A stretch of 36,535 nt of DNA from a virus (IMGVR_UViG_3300031519_000082:1-36535); one strand, 5' to 3'. Positions 1 through 9,962 are shown, counted from the first letter of the stretch. Program-made: numbers and translations. The notes: generated by a model not told the origin, from the sequence alone.

Positions 1-803
1 AAAATAGATTGTGCATTGGTTGCTCCCAAAGCAGCGTCTAGTTGCAAAAAGTCGTCTGTGCCATCAAAGTCTAACCCCTTGGAAATTAAAGAACCAGCAC
101 TAACAATCTTAGGTTGGCTTCCAGCAGTTTCTTGCACGGCATCATTGCTGTTACCTGACTGGTCATACCAAGTCTCCACAAAGCCACTGCTTGAATGCGA
201 CACAATTTCAAAGTCACTAATTGTGTAGGAACCCGTATTGCCATCAGCAAACATTAAGTGGCTTCCGTCTGCTGTTGCGGTTAAAGTATCAGTATAAGTT
301 CCATTAGCGGTAAAAGCAGTTCCTGCATTAGTTGTTCCCGTAACACTACTTGTTGCGTTTACGCCTCTTATTTGTGGGCTTAAACTAGATGTGCTACTAA
401 AGTTGGTAACAGTATATTTAACTACTAATACGTCTTCGGTGTGAAATACATAAGGGAATCCAGCTGAACCAGTTCCTCCAGCACTATTGTCAGCGGAGAA
501 CCCAGTAGTTGATAAGTTACTAACAGTATAATTATCAACGGAACCAGTGCCATTAACCGCTGTTCCTAATGTTTGTATTTGATTTACAAAATTAACTAAT
601 GCTCCAGAAGATACACCAGAAGCCGTAAAGTCACTTTCTGCATTGTCGATTACACGACGGACACGCACAACCTTGGGATCACCACCAGTAAGACTACGGA
701 GGCTGTATGCCGCCGCAGCGTTAGGAGCAATCTGCAGGACGCTCTCGCCTACTGAGTTCAGCCGACGCTGGCGACCCAGTGCTGAATCAAGGCTAATGTG
801 CAT
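1..803 (-). CDS. Putative tail fibre/receptor-binding protein, N-terminal part (runs off the left end; not in the ORF track)
   Basis: Manual translation from ATG at 803 stays open to base 1: MHISLDSALGRQRRLNSVGESVLQIAPNAAAAYSLRSL...FVETWYDQSGNSNDAVQ...LDFDGTDDFL. AAYSLR, WYDQSGN and FDGxDD are motifs of LamG/ConA-like phage tail proteins. Confidence 0.75.
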   Translation of the reverse strand, partial: MHISLDSALGRQRRLNSVGESVLQIAPNAAAAYSLRSLTGGDPKVVRVRRVIDNAESDFTASGVSSGALVNFVNQIQTLGTAVNGTGSVDNYTVSNLSTTGFSADNSAGGTGSAGFPYVFHTEDVLVVKYTVTNFSSTSSLSPQIRGVNATSSVTGTTNAGTAFTANGTYTDTLTATADGSHLMFADGNTGSYTISDFEIVSHSSSGFVETWYDQSGNSNDAVQETAGSQPKIVSAGSLISKGLDFDGTDDFLQLDAALGATNAQSI

Positions 804-804
804 A

Positions 805-1065
805 TTAGACTATGTGCAGTTGGACTAAGCCAGAAGTTACGGCAACGGATGAAAATTGACCGTAGAGTATAGTTCCAGCACCAAGGGTCTTTCCATTAAA
901 AGCAGTATGAGTAGTCTGGTCTACATTGCTAGATAATACAAGACCAAAGGTAGTGTCCTGGAGAACTTGTATTGCCCCAAAACTACCTTGGCTATTGTCG
1001 CTGTCTGTTAATAGTATTGAACCTACGGAGCTGAACTCCAGTGCGTTATTTCTTGAACTTGCCAT
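805..1065 (-). CDS. Small virion-associated hypothetical protein
   Basis: 86-aa beta-rich ORF tightly packed between the adaptor and RBP genes. Confidence 0.65.
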   Translation of the reverse strand: MASSRNNALEFSSVGSILLTDSDNSQGSFGAIQVLQDTTFGLVLSSNVDQTTHTAFNGKTLGAGTILYGQFSSVAVTSGLVQLHIV

Positions 1066-1072
1066 AATTAGT

Positions 1073-1083
1073 ATTATATCACA
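1073..1083 (-). promoter_or_regulatory. Extended -10 promoter (TGTGATATAAT)
   Basis: TGnTATAAT just upstream of the ATG at 1065; the same TGTG[A/C]TATAAT form lies upstream of the scaffold gene. Confidence 0.5.
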
Positions 1084-1089
1084 GGGTTA

Positions 1090-1698
1090 TTATCGGGATT
1101 GCCGATTAACATAAGTGGAAAATTTCTTGTTGATTGTATTGTTGTTTGACCGAAGGTCAATTTTTTCTAGCTCTAGTGCAAGGTAAGTCCCAGCAACTCC
1201 TTCTTCTTGGAGGGCCTTGGTATGCTGGCCATCCATTCGTAAGAAGTCTGCGTAGACTGCGTGCGCCAGAAAGAAAAAGAACTCGTAGGGTACATCGGTT
1301 GATGCTTCCGTAAATGTAGGAAGTTCCTTCTGGTAGTTTACAAATACCTTTCCTGAGTCATTTGCAATAAGGTTTAATACGTGAGCGCCATTGGAGTCCA
1401 CGTAGAACTCGTACTCTAAAGCTGAGTTGCGATTGAAGGGCTGTGTGCGATAAATCCGTTGAAAGTCCGATATATCATCAAGGACCCCTTCCTCGTAAGG
1501 AACTACGCCAGTAGAACTGACTGTGCGTTCTTCTCCTACGACGGCGTATCGGGGCCAGCTTGAGCTGGCACGGTAAGCTTCAAATGCCCTGCGGTTTACA
1601 AACTGCTCAATGTTAACCTTTTCCTCATCGGTAAAAGCACCTACACCAGACAGCGCAACGATTAGTTTGTAGAGGTCACTGTAGGATTTAACTTGCAT
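1090..1698 (-). CDS. Putative head-tail adaptor (tail tubular protein A-like)
   Basis: 202 aa, downstream of the capsid genes; 'FVNRR...AY...WP' and 'DVPYEFFFFLAHAVYADFLRMDGQ' patterns fit podovirus adaptors. Confidence 0.55.
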   Translation of the reverse strand: MQVKSYSDLYKLIVALSGVGAFTDEEKVNIEQFVNRRAFEAYRASSSWPRYAVVGEERTVSSTGVVPYEEGVLDDISDFQRIYRTQPFNRNSALEYEFYVDSNGAHVLNLIANDSGKVFVNYQKELPTFTEASTDVPYEFFFFLAHAVYADFLRMDGQHTKALQEEGVAGTYLALELEKIDLRSNNNTINKKFSTYVNRQSR

Positions 1699-2003
1699 TA
1701 TAGCTTGTTCGGGGTCAAGTCAGAAAAATTCTTTTGAAAGTATTTCAGGAACTCCTTGGAGTGCACTGTATCTTGTCCGTATTTTTTAATGAGTCGGAAG
1801 TACTCACGGTGCGGTATCGTTGCTACGCAACGGCCTAGCACGGGGTGCACCTTTCCTTTTTCCTGCGTAGCTTCTTTACGAGCCTGGTTTACACGAGCTG
1901 CTTCTGTCCGTCTCTCAAGTGCAAATCCATTCTTAATTTCATTCATGAAGGCCTCGTCGACCTCCCCGTCTGAATACGTTGGGACTTTGTTAATTATTTC
2001 CAT
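1698..2003 (-). CDS. Hypothetical protein
   Basis: 101-aa ORF with TAATG coupling to the next gene. Confidence 0.7.
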   Translation of the reverse strand: MEIINKVPTYSDGEVDEAFMNEIKNGFALERRTEAARVNQARKEATQEKGKVHPVLGRCVATIPHREYFRLIKKYGQDTVHSKEFLKYFQKNFSDLTPNKL

Positions 2004-2006
2004 ATT

Positions 2007-2037
2007 AAAAAAGGCGGGGGGCTTGCGCCCCCCAACC
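2007..2037 (-). terminator. Rho-independent terminator after the capsid/decoration genes
   Basis: Minus strand GGGGGGC-GCAA-GCCCCCC stem followed by GCCTTTTTT. Confidence 0.8.
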
Positions 2038-2046
2038 AGTCTTTAA

Positions 2047-2511
2047 TTAGTTAAGGTCGCAGATTTCAAACTTAAGTTTGATTTCACCTGCGGTTAACTC
2101 ATTGAGCGAATAAGGAGCATCGCTATCAGTATCAGGACTGAATAGGATATCAACGGTGTCGGCAGCCGCATAGACTTTGCCGTTTTCATTGTCCAATAAT
2201 GCACCAGTATTAGCTACATATGTGATTTCAGTTGCATCAACGTGAATATCAGCAGCGAGTAGGTAACCATCTGCATCAGCTCCGTCTCCAACTGTAATCG
2301 TTAAGTCATCTCCAGAGCCACTGTCGTTGAAGGCAGTGACTAGTTTAGCTGATGCTTTTGTTACAAGAGAACCTGCAGGGATAGCATACGTGAATGTTTT
2401 AGTTGCACGGTCTGCTAGAGTACCAGCATTGGCTACTGAAAAATCTTCAAATGAGATTGTAAGTTCGTCAGTAAAACCTCCTGGGTTTTCGTTTATAGTT
2501 AATTTAGGCAT
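2047..2511 (-). CDS. Putative capsid decoration/cement protein
   Basis: 154-aa acidic beta-rich protein directly after the MCP and inside the same terminator-bounded unit. Confidence 0.6.
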   Translation of the reverse strand: MPKLTINENPGGFTDELTISFEDFSVANAGTLADRATKTFTYAIPAGSLVTKASAKLVTAFNDSGSGDDLTITVGDGADADGYLLAADIHVDATEITYVANTGALLDNENGKVYAAADTVDILFSPDTDSDAPYSLNELTAGEIKLKFEICDLN

Positions 2512-2540
2512 GGTATTATATTTCCTTTGTTAGTTGGTAA

Positions 2541-3539
2541 TTACTGAGTGATCTTACCGTGAGCTTGTGGCTGATATACACCTAAAGTCAAGGTGCAATC
2601 GCAGAATCCACGCTCTCCACCACCAAGGTTAGGCAAGCGAGTTGAACCCATAGGGATCAGTTCGTGCACGCCGTAGTACTCAGGGTTGATAAGGTAGCCG
2701 TCATTGAAATCAGTACCGCCAGCAAGTGTAGCAGGAGCAGTGTCTGGGTTCATGTTGACGATGGACACCATGCCGTGATCACTTTGGTATAGCTCAACAG
2801 AGAGTTTAATCTCGGCCTTGTTACCGTCGTAGTTTACACTGCGGATGTTTTCAGTTGCGCCAGCAGATACACGAGCAAAGTCAGCGATAGTGCGACGAAG
2901 ACCAGTGTCAGCAACAAGCATAAGGTTGTTGGAGTTACCAGTTTCACGATAGATCGAAGATATCAGGCCGTTAAGTGCAGCTTCGCTGAATGCACCAGAA
3001 GTACTGATGTCGTAAATCGAACCAGCAGGAGTGCGGAAATCAGCAGGAACGTCAGAAGGACCAGCGGAGTCGATCCAGTCACCAAGACCACGAAGGCCGT
3101 AGGCTGTACCAGCACCATCTTCGATGCTGCGATCTTGTGTACCTATGAGTGTAGCTTCAACGTCACGCTTTAGTTCACGAATTGCTTTAGCTTCAGCTTG
3201 TGCAATCTTGGCTGGGCCAACGGATTCAACAGCGTCTTGCAGGTCAGAGACCATAAAGTCACGGCGGAATTTCTGGACGTAGTTACCAAGGCGAGCACGG
3301 CCAGCAAACTTATCGGTGAATGCAGTAACGTCTGCACCTTCTGCAACACCAGCAGTGCTAGGAGCAGAAAGAGCGTCAACGGTCCATTCAGTGAATGTAG
3401 CGCCAGACGTCTTTTTAGAAGCGGATGAAAGGACGGGAGTTTCTTCGGGAGCCAAGATGGTAAGTACATCTGAAAGCTCTTCACGATTAGAAACAGCCGA
3501 TCCTTGATTTGTAGTATCGAATGTATTTGAGAATGCCAT
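2541..3539 (-). CDS. Major capsid protein (SU10/DUF5309-like)
   Basis: 'NREELSDVLTILAPEETP', 'EWTVDAL', 'RLGNYVQKF' and 'ELKRDVE' motifs; follows the scaffold gene. Confidence 0.9.
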   Translation of the reverse strand: MAFSNTFDTTNQGSAVSNREELSDVLTILAPEETPVLSSASKKTSGATFTEWTVDALSAPSTAGVAEGADVTAFTDKFAGRARLGNYVQKFRRDFMVSDLQDAVESVGPAKIAQAEAKAIRELKRDVEATLIGTQDRSIEDGAGTAYGLRGLGDWIDSAGPSDVPADFRTPAGSIYDISTSGAFSEAALNGLISSIYRETGNSNNLMLVADTGLRRTIADFARVSAGATENIRSVNYDGNKAEIKLSVELYQSDHGMVSIVNMNPDTAPATLAGGTDFNDGYLINPEYYGVHELIPMGSTRLPNLGGGERGFCDCTLTLGVYQPQAHGKITQ

Positions 3540-3561
3540 TTTATTTTATGGTTTAATTAAT

Positions 3562-4650
3562 TTATTTATTTTTGAGTTGAAGAGTTCTGAGAGTAATGAA
3601 GTCATCTTTTTGTCCTGATTGCTTAAACTGAGTACTCAAGTTCTTGATTGATTTATTAGTGCGGCTAACTTGCTTTTCAGAACCTGCGGCATTCGGAGTA
3701 GAAGTACTAGAAGGGTTCAGTCTTACATTAGACTTTCCATTCTTTACTGCTTTCCGACCGTAGATACTGTTAGCTGCGTGCGCTAGTAGGTAGGGCATCT
3801 GTGCCTTTACGTCAGCAGGAAGGCTAGTCATCAATGTATCAACCCTGGGGTCTTTCATGATAGCTTCGTATTCACGCCTCGTGTCGTTGTCCTCGCCTTG
3901 CATCCAAGGTAACTCAGCTTCAGCTTGAGCACTAAGGTGCTCTTGCATTTTTTTGCTTTGTTCAACCTTTTGGATTTCCCCTAAGCGAGCAGGTAAAAAC
4001 TTGTCTCTGGCTTTACGTGCCTGCAATAAAGCATTGCGGACGTCGGCCTTTGTCATTTCTTTACCTTCTACTTCTGTGACTACATCATCAGCTTCATATC
4101 CGTCTGCGTTGAACATAATGTCCTCGGCCCATTCGATGACGTTACTAGCATCCGTTGCTTTGCTTTGTAGGTCCTCTAAAGTATCTACGGAATCAAACGG
4201 ATTGTTCTTAACTTCCTTCTTGGGCTGCAGTGGATTGTTTTGCTCGGCAGAAAGTCTAGCTTCATATTGTTGTAGCTTTTCTTCTGCTGCCTTACGTTTA
4301 GCTGTGAGTTCTCCAAAGCGGGCTACTGCACGGCTGCCTAGCTTGTCAGCTAGTTCCCGCAGTTCCTCTTCGGACATTTCGTCTAAATCAATCTGAGAAA
4401 GAACTTGCTCTTCTGATTCAGATTCAAGTTCGTCGTCTTCAGTACTCTCGTCTGATTCTTCGGAACCTTCTTCTTCTTCAGTAGCAATTTCGTCAGCAAC
4501 CTCTTCCTCAACCTCTGGAGTCTCTTCCTCCTGGGGTTCAGGGGCTGGTTGCCCTAAGCGTTGGATCGCAAAATCCTCCGCTGTTATATTTGTCTTTTCC
4601 GCTGTAGAGTTTTCGGTTTTAGCGTCTCCCGTTGTGACTTCGTTGTTCAT
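3562..4650 (-). CDS. Capsid scaffolding protein
   Basis: Very acidic N-terminus, coiled coil (RFGELTAKRKAAEE), basic C-terminus; lies between portal and MCP. Confidence 0.8.
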   Translation of the reverse strand: MNNEVTTGDAKTENSTAEKTNITAEDFAIQRLGQPAPEPQEEETPEVEEEVADEIATEEEEGSEESDESTEDDELESESEEQVLSQIDLDEMSEEELRELADKLGSRAVARFGELTAKRKAAEEKLQQYEARLSAEQNNPLQPKKEVKNNPFDSVDTLEDLQSKATDASNVIEWAEDIMFNADGYEADDVVTEVEGKEMTKADVRNALLQARKARDKFLPARLGEIQKVEQSKKMQEHLSAQAEAELPWMQGEDNDTRREYEAIMKDPRVDTLMTSLPADVKAQMPYLLAHAANSIYGRKAVKNGKSNVRLNPSSTSTPNAAGSEKQVSRTNKSIKNLSTQFKQSGQKDDFITLRTLQLKNK

Positions 4651-4691
4651 ATAATTCCACTCTTCAACGCCGAGCGATAGCTATGTTTTGC

Positions 4692-4702
4692 ATTATAGCA
4701 CA
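4692..4702 (-). promoter_or_regulatory. Extended -10 promoter (TGTGCTATAAT) upstream of the scaffold/MCP genes
   Basis: Perfect TGnTATAAT about 40 nt upstream of the scaffold ATG. Confidence 0.6.
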
Positions 4703-4720
4703 CTAAATGCGTGCAAGAAA

Positions 4721-4936
4721 TTACTCCGAAGGGGAATGCTTGCCCCAGGTAGACATAGTTAGGATCTGATCATAACTAAGTATACGTCCTGAAAGTTGTT
4801 GGATCTTATCCGTAGGGGACTCGTACATCTCTGCGATGCACTCCTCCCGCATCTGCTTTACAAAATCTATAAAGCGGTTAAATGAATCGTGCCGTCTAAG
4901 GTGCTCGATGTCTTCTTCGATCTGAGGTTTGTCCAT
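4721..4936 (-). CDS. Small hypothetical protein between portal and scaffold
   Basis: Likely start MDKPQIEE at 4936, right after the portal stop; 71 aa, helical. Confidence 0.7.
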   Translation of the reverse strand: MDKPQIEEDIEHLRRHDSFNRFIDFVKQMREECIAEMYESPTDKIQQLSGRILSYDQILTMSTWGKHSPSE

Positions 4937-4937
4937 A

Positions 4938-7034
4938 TTAGTATTGTGGCATTTCTTGGGTGCCAACTTCTCCCATCTGTGCAGGGGTAGTACCTATGCG
5001 ACCAATCTCAGCGTTCTGCATTTGTTGCATTTGAAACTGGTATTGACCTGCGTACTTCTGAAGACGTGCAGCAAAAGCTTCGTCTTCCTGTAGCCTTTGT
5101 TGGATGTCTGGTTGCTGACCGTACTGCTCTAGGACCTGCATAGCAATCTGTCCTCCGCTTGAACGTGCTGGCATTTCAATGCCAGAGAATATCTTAGTTA
5201 GGTCATCAGTAACATCCTTAACTACTTGCTGCTGTGCATCTTCGACAGGTGTCAAGACAGAGTCCGCAAGTATAGGATCTATGGATCCTGCTAATACAGC
5301 AATTAACCTGTCAACGTCTATACGCCCGTTGCGGTCAAGCTGTATAAGCTGCGTCATCTGCGCTAGCTTTACTTCCTGAGACTTGGGGTCCGTGTTTAGT
5401 ACGTCGTAGTTAATTGTAATATCGAAGTTTGCATCAGGGTCACCTCGGTCCATAACTTGTGGATCAGGTACACCTGTTACACGGAAGAACATTTCGTCTG
5501 GCCCGAAACGCTGGAAGCAACGGTAAGCCATGCGCATAACTTCTGCGTTGTGCTGCAAAAACTTGTCTACCAAGAACTGCTTTCGTACACTTGAGATCTG
5601 AGAGTCCTCGTCTAGTCCTACCAGGCGGTCTGCTTGTGCAGACTGGTTAACTTCCATTTCTACTGAGCCTTGATTGTAAGCGGGTGTAGGCGCAAAGTCC
5701 AAGTCGCCCTTGCGGCGATAAGGAATCATACGTCCTGGCCCCCAGTCACTGGGTGCCTGTCCTACTGGGTGCAGAATAGGAGGCAGGGTTGCTAGACTAT
5801 TGCGGTCAATTCTGGAGTCACGCTCTACCTTGACTTGGTTCTGTATGCCACGAAGGAGATCTGGGATCGTAGTAGTATCGTATAGACGCTTGCTGTCCTC
5901 GGACAGCTTTGTAACTACAACTGGGTAGTCCTCGTAGCCGTTGAGTAGTTCACGCTTTGCGTAAGCAGGCGCCTCGTTATTGTCTCCGCTGTATTCCTTG
6001 TGGAATACTGTGCAGTAGATTCCTTCAGATCCATCTTCAGGATCGACCAGCCGTTGGTACGCATACACGATTTCTATTAGTTCATTTGCTTCGTAAGCGT
6101 TATCGGTCAAGCTAATACTACGGCGGCCTTCCTGTTCTCTTTCAATGCTGTCAATGTTTACCCCTCGGTAATGCTCAATAATGTAGTCAACAAAGTCTGC
6201 GTCCCAGCCTGCAGTTGCTACTTTGTTTTCTAGCTCTTGAGCTGTATAGTAAGTCCTCCAAAAGCAGTAAGGTGCTCGTTGGGGATCAGTTACATACGGA
6301 GGAAAAAAGAAGTCCCCGTCTGGAGCTAAGGTTTTAATTTCTGGTGCGTTGATCTGCCTGCGAACAACAGGAAGCTCGGCTTCGCCTGACTTCCTAAGTT
6401 CCTTCAGTGCTTTCTTTGCACGTTTTTCTGTGACTCCTTCAAAAATGTTTTGCAGGATAAAGACCAGCTCGTCGTCTTTTTCTCCTGACTGCACTGCCCC
6501 GAAAATATTTGGGTCAAGTTCTGCAATTTGTTCTAGTGTTAACTTCTGCAGGAACTGACGGTCTTCCGTATGCCAGCCTACGTAAGTAATTAATAGGCCT
6601 CGCTCTAGCAAGTAGTTAGCGCCTAGTTCCATTTCACGCTTATAGCGTGGAATATATCCACTTGTAGTCATCCACTTCAGGAACGAAGACACGATCTCTG
6701 CACGAGAGATATCGCTGGATTCTACGGGGTACGCTCGAATGTTTGAGCGATTAAGCGAAGACATAAACAAAGACACCAGGCGTGTAATGCGTTCGTCGAT
6801 TACGTGGCTCTCTGTATCGGATGCGCCTTCCCAGGGGAATGCGTCTGCTCCGTGCTTGCGGTGATCACGGCTTTTACCTGGCCACCAGTTCCTGCGGTCG
6901 TCGTAACTAGTACGGCATAAATCAAAGTAGGACTCTAGCTCGTTGACGGTTTCATCGTAGGCATTACGCAGTGCGTTAATATCTGGAATTGCATCAACAT
7001 ACGTCAAGGCTTCAAAAGTAGATTTATTTTGCAT
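4938..7034 (-). CDS. Portal protein
   Basis: 698 aa downstream of terL; 'FPWEGASD' motif and Q-rich C-terminus typical of podovirus portals. Confidence 0.85.
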   Translation of the reverse strand: MQNKSTFEALTYVDAIPDINALRNAYDETVNELESYFDLCRTSYDDRRNWWPGKSRDHRKHGADAFPWEGASDTESHVIDERITRLVSLFMSSLNRSNIRAYPVESSDISRAEIVSSFLKWMTTSGYIPRYKREMELGANYLLERGLLITYVGWHTEDRQFLQKLTLEQIAELDPNIFGAVQSGEKDDELVFILQNIFEGVTEKRAKKALKELRKSGEAELPVVRRQINAPEIKTLAPDGDFFFPPYVTDPQRAPYCFWRTYYTAQELENKVATAGWDADFVDYIIEHYRGVNIDSIEREQEGRRSISLTDNAYEANELIEIVYAYQRLVDPEDGSEGIYCTVFHKEYSGDNNEAPAYAKRELLNGYEDYPVVVTKLSEDSKRLYDTTTIPDLLRGIQNQVKVERDSRIDRNSLATLPPILHPVGQAPSDWGPGRMIPYRRKGDLDFAPTPAYNQGSVEMEVNQSAQADRLVGLDEDSQISSVRKQFLVDKFLQHNAEVMRMAYRCFQRFGPDEMFFRVTGVPDPQVMDRGDPDANFDITINYDVLNTDPKSQEVKLAQMTQLIQLDRNGRIDVDRLIAVLAGSIDPILADSVLTPVEDAQQQVVKDVTDDLTKIFSGIEMPARSSGGQIAMQVLEQYGQQPDIQQRLQEDEAFAARLQKYAGQYQFQMQQMQNAEIGRIGTTPAQMGEVGTQEMPQY

Positions 7035-7233
7035 TTAATTTTGTTCGGATTGATTTTGTCATCTCGTGGATGTAACCCTTGTGAACGCCAATTTTATCAC
7101 ATAATTCTTGTGGAAGCATAGTCTTGTCTAATTCATGATTAACATGACGGTTTAAATATTCCCATCCAGCTAGACGGTGCACCTGCTCTTTGATCCATTC
7201 TGGATCAAGTGTAATATCTTTTTCATCGGACAT
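7024..7233 (-). CDS. Hypothetical protein (possible HTH)
   Basis: 69 aa overlapping both neighbours; 'PQELCDKIGVHKGYIHEM' looks HTH-like. Confidence 0.6.
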   Translation of the reverse strand: MSDEKDITLDPEWIKEQVHRLAGWEYLNRHVNHELDKTMLPQELCDKIGVHKGYIHEMTKSIRTKLNAK

Positions 7234-7597
7234 AGCGATAAGATGTTCCCTTGTCGTCTTGAATGGCTTCGACGCTTACTTGCTTACCCTTCGTTAGCCA
7301 ATCCTCAAACTTACGAGCAATAACCATCGGGACCTTCTTTTGTATTTCGTGTATGTACACGTAGACATAACTTCGGTTGGGTGCCTTGGAGTGCACTATC
7401 CCTCTGTATCTCTTAGGCGTAAGCTCTGGTATATCAACGGCTTGCGTTAAAAGCTCTTGGCCTTCTTCATTGATCCACCTGGCGTAGCCAGTTCCTGTAA
7501 TGGTATGCACGGGCAGCTTTGCTTCTACTAGTTCTACGATGTAGTCCAGCTCGACCTCGTGCTCTTCGGCAATTGTCTTTAGTCTTTTCTTAGGCAT
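7223..7597 (-). CDS. Hypothetical protein
   Basis: 124-aa ORF coupled between terL and portal. Confidence 0.7.
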   Translation of the reverse strand: MPKKRLKTIAEEHEVELDYIVELVEAKLPVHTITGTGYARWINEEGQELLTQAVDIPELTPKRYRGIVHSKAPNRSYVYVYIHEIQKKVPMVIARKFEDWLTKGKQVSVEAIQDDKGTSYRYVR

Positions 7598-7598
7598 A

Positions 7599-9257
7599 TT
7601 AGTATCCTCCTTGATTTGTTCTTGTTGTTTGCATAGATGCGCTGGACATGAAGTCTGGTCCCTCGCCTCCGTTAGACATTCTTAAGTATCGTATTACGTC
7701 GAAGAAATCCTTTAGGGGTTCGTCTGGCTTTCCCTGCTTGTTATAGTTTATCAGACTATCTATAAGGTTTCCGCAGTCCTTGTGTATATAGCACAGGGGC
7801 CTGTTGCTTGCATCAATGCTTACGTTAGGGTTGTAGTTAAACCAATCGTCCAGGGCTGTAATGCCCTGGTCTTCCATTGCTCCGTTTGACGGTATAAAGC
7901 TAAGGCCGAAATCATAGAACGAAGTAAACAGATCGTCGTTGTTTTCGTTTTCTTTGGCAAAGAACCTGGAGTCCCCAATGCGCTCGGTTACTTCTATGCC
8001 TAGGTCGTCTTCAATTTCTTTGAATAGCTCGCAGTATCCTTCTACGTTGAGGCCTACCTTCTTAGATGCTGGGCCGTATCTCCACTTGGGATCTCCAAAG
8101 ATTGCCCACTCCCCGAAGGTATCACGGTCGGGCCACTCCTTGCGGATGTATACCTCGCCGTGCTCGTTAACTCCAGCCCAGATGCAGGTGTAGTTCCTTG
8201 CGCCTGCAGGGTCAACTACCTGGTAGCAACTGAACTTGGACTTATTCGATATATCGGGGAACTGCATCCCGTACTTGTTTGGCTCCGCAGTAAGTACATT
8301 GACCTCTGTATTAAAGTAAGGAAGCAAGGCATTGGCTGATTTGACTGGGACGCCGTAGGCACGGACCAGTATCTCTGAGTCAGGCCTACCTATTAAGTCC
8401 TTGGCTATACGTTCGTAACCACCGAAGGGGTTCTCGTCTGAGTGCAGGTAGATCACCGAGGCATCACGGCTAGGGCTGTATTGCTCTATAGGCACCGCCT
8501 TGTTGTTCAGCAAAGCCGCAGGCTTTGTCTTAAGCGTCTCTGCGTTCTTGAGGTACTCTGATATAAAGGGTGTATAGCCGTCGATGGGTGTAAACCCTAT
8601 CAGCATCTTGGAGTCCCGTGTAGCCAGTCGGAAGCGCAGGGTATTTACCAGTGCTGCGTCGCCCAGGTATTCGTCCAGCCAGGCTCCGATGTTTAGCCCT
8701 TCGGGTTTTTTGAACCCGAACTCAAAGCCCTCTAAGATAGTCTGGTTGTTACTGTACTGCGTATAGGTCTTGAAGTCTACACGTGTCCTGGTATCGGGAA
8801 AGATAAACGACGAAGCAGTAAAGCCGTTCTGCATAGAGTAGTTTATGTATCCGTCTACGCTCTTGGTCTTGCGCTTGAACTCTTTGGGCATCATCTCCCA
8901 GATTGCAGACTGCTGCACCTTGATGGACGTATCGGCGTTCTGAGAGAAGCATACGATATGACCGTCCATACTTTCGGTGACGGCCTCCATGAGCATCTTG
9001 GCGCAGCCAGTAGTCTTGCCACTGCGGTTACCACCTAGAGCAAGGACTTCATTGTTACTCTGAAGCCCGTGTCGGATTCTGCCCCAGCCTTCTAGGTCGA
9101 AGCCATAGCGCATAGGATCCTCTTCAGCTGCTTTGATTCTACCTTCGTGAGCCTCGTGCAGGGCCGCCAGTAGCTGAGGGTCCTGCTCACCAAGCAGGAC
9201 TATCTCCTCGTCTGTAGGAGGACGCACTATAGGGTGCTCTGTAAATGTAATCGGCAT
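7599..9257 (-). CDS. terL: Terminase large subunit
   Basis: Walker A GGNRSGKT, Walker B AWLDE, coupling motif FTP, nuclease VVDPAG and C-terminal D..DVIRY. Confidence 0.93.
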   Translation of the reverse strand: MPITFTEHPIVRPPTDEEIVLLGEQDPQLLAALHEAHEGRIKAAEEDPMRYGFDLEGWGRIRHGLQSNNEVLALGGNRSGKTTGCAKMLMEAVTESMDGHIVCFSQNADTSIKVQQSAIWEMMPKEFKRKTKSVDGYINYSMQNGFTASSFIFPDTRTRVDFKTYTQYSNNQTILEGFEFGFKKPEGLNIGAWLDEYLGDAALVNTLRFRLATRDSKMLIGFTPIDGYTPFISEYLKNAETLKTKPAALLNNKAVPIEQYSPSRDASVIYLHSDENPFGGYERIAKDLIGRPDSEILVRAYGVPVKSANALLPYFNTEVNVLTAEPNKYGMQFPDISNKSKFSCYQVVDPAGARNYTCIWAGVNEHGEVYIRKEWPDRDTFGEWAIFGDPKWRYGPASKKVGLNVEGYCELFKEIEDDLGIEVTERIGDSRFFAKENENNDDLFTSFYDFGLSFIPSNGAMEDQGITALDDWFNYNPNVSIDASNRPLCYIHKDCGNLIDSLINYNKQGKPDEPLKDFFDVIRYLRMSNGGEGPDFMSSASMQTTRTNQGGY

Positions 9258-9382
9258 TACTTAGACTTCTGCGGCTGCTCTGTCTTCGGGGCTACTGGCT
9301 TCTTACTCCAGTCAATATCGTCGTAGTTCTTACGCTGCTTGTCTTGATTGTGTCCCTTGCGGGGTGCGCATCCTTTACCCAT
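9257..9382 (-). CDS. Small hypothetical protein (41 aa, below the ORF-track cutoff)
   Basis: MGKGCAPRKGHNQDKQRKNYDDIDWSKKPVAPKTEQPQKSK; overlaps the terS stop and is TAATG-coupled to terL. Confidence 0.7.
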   Translation of the reverse strand: MGKGCAPRKGHNQDKQRKNYDDIDWSKKPVAPKTEQPQKSK

Positions 9383-9962
9383 CTGTGTCCTCCTGTACTA
9401 GTTCTGCCTCTTCGGCTTGTTTAAGATTGGCGATCCTGTCTCGGGCCGCCTTGATAGTTTCTTCGTAGTCCTCCTGAGTGATGACCTGGCGGTCCTCAGT
9501 AATCTGCGTGGCCTCGCCACGTGAAGTAAAGGCCTGCCTAGCTGCATTGGATACAGAGATCGAAATTTCCTTTAGGTCCCTTACAGTAGGCTTTAGCTCT
9601 CCTGACTCTAGGTCCTGCCTTACAGAGTTAATTAGGTCCTCTTCTAGGCTACTGAGGTTCAGGTAGTTCTTAGCGGCAATCTTGCCGCTTAACTCTTTAA
9701 ACTTACCCAGGTGATCCGTGTAGTCCGACAGGACGCTGATAACGGTTTCTCTATCTATGCCGTACTTCTTTACTATCCTAGTCTGGCTACTGCCAGTGCT
9801 ATACAGGTAAAGGATGGACGCAACCTTCTCGGGGTTGTGTCTAGATAGACTGCGGACCTTCTCGATCTCTTTCTTCTCCGAGACTTCCCATATGGCTCCT
9901 TGGATTTCCTGCATTAGTGCAGCCTTATCTTCAGGTGAATTGTTGTCTGGTTCCTCTAGCAT
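9375..9962 (-). CDS. Putative terminase small subunit
   Basis: 195 aa with N-terminal HTH (SQTRIVKKYGIDRETV) and helical body; first gene of the packaging operon. Confidence 0.6.
   Translation of the reverse strand: MLEEPDNNSPEDKAALMQEIQGAIWEVSEKKEIEKVRSLSRHNPEKVASILYLYSTGSSQTRIVKKYGIDRETVISVLSDYTDHLGKFKELSGKIAAKNYLNLSSLEEDLINSVRQDLESGELKPTVRDLKEISISVSNAARQAFTSRGEATQITEDRQVITQEDYEETIKAARDRIANLKQAEEAELVQEDTDG

Noticed and set aside
2512-2543. Capsid readthrough or frameshift fusion to the decoration protein
   Set aside because: The genes are out of frame, I see no slippery sequence, and the downstream gene has its own start.
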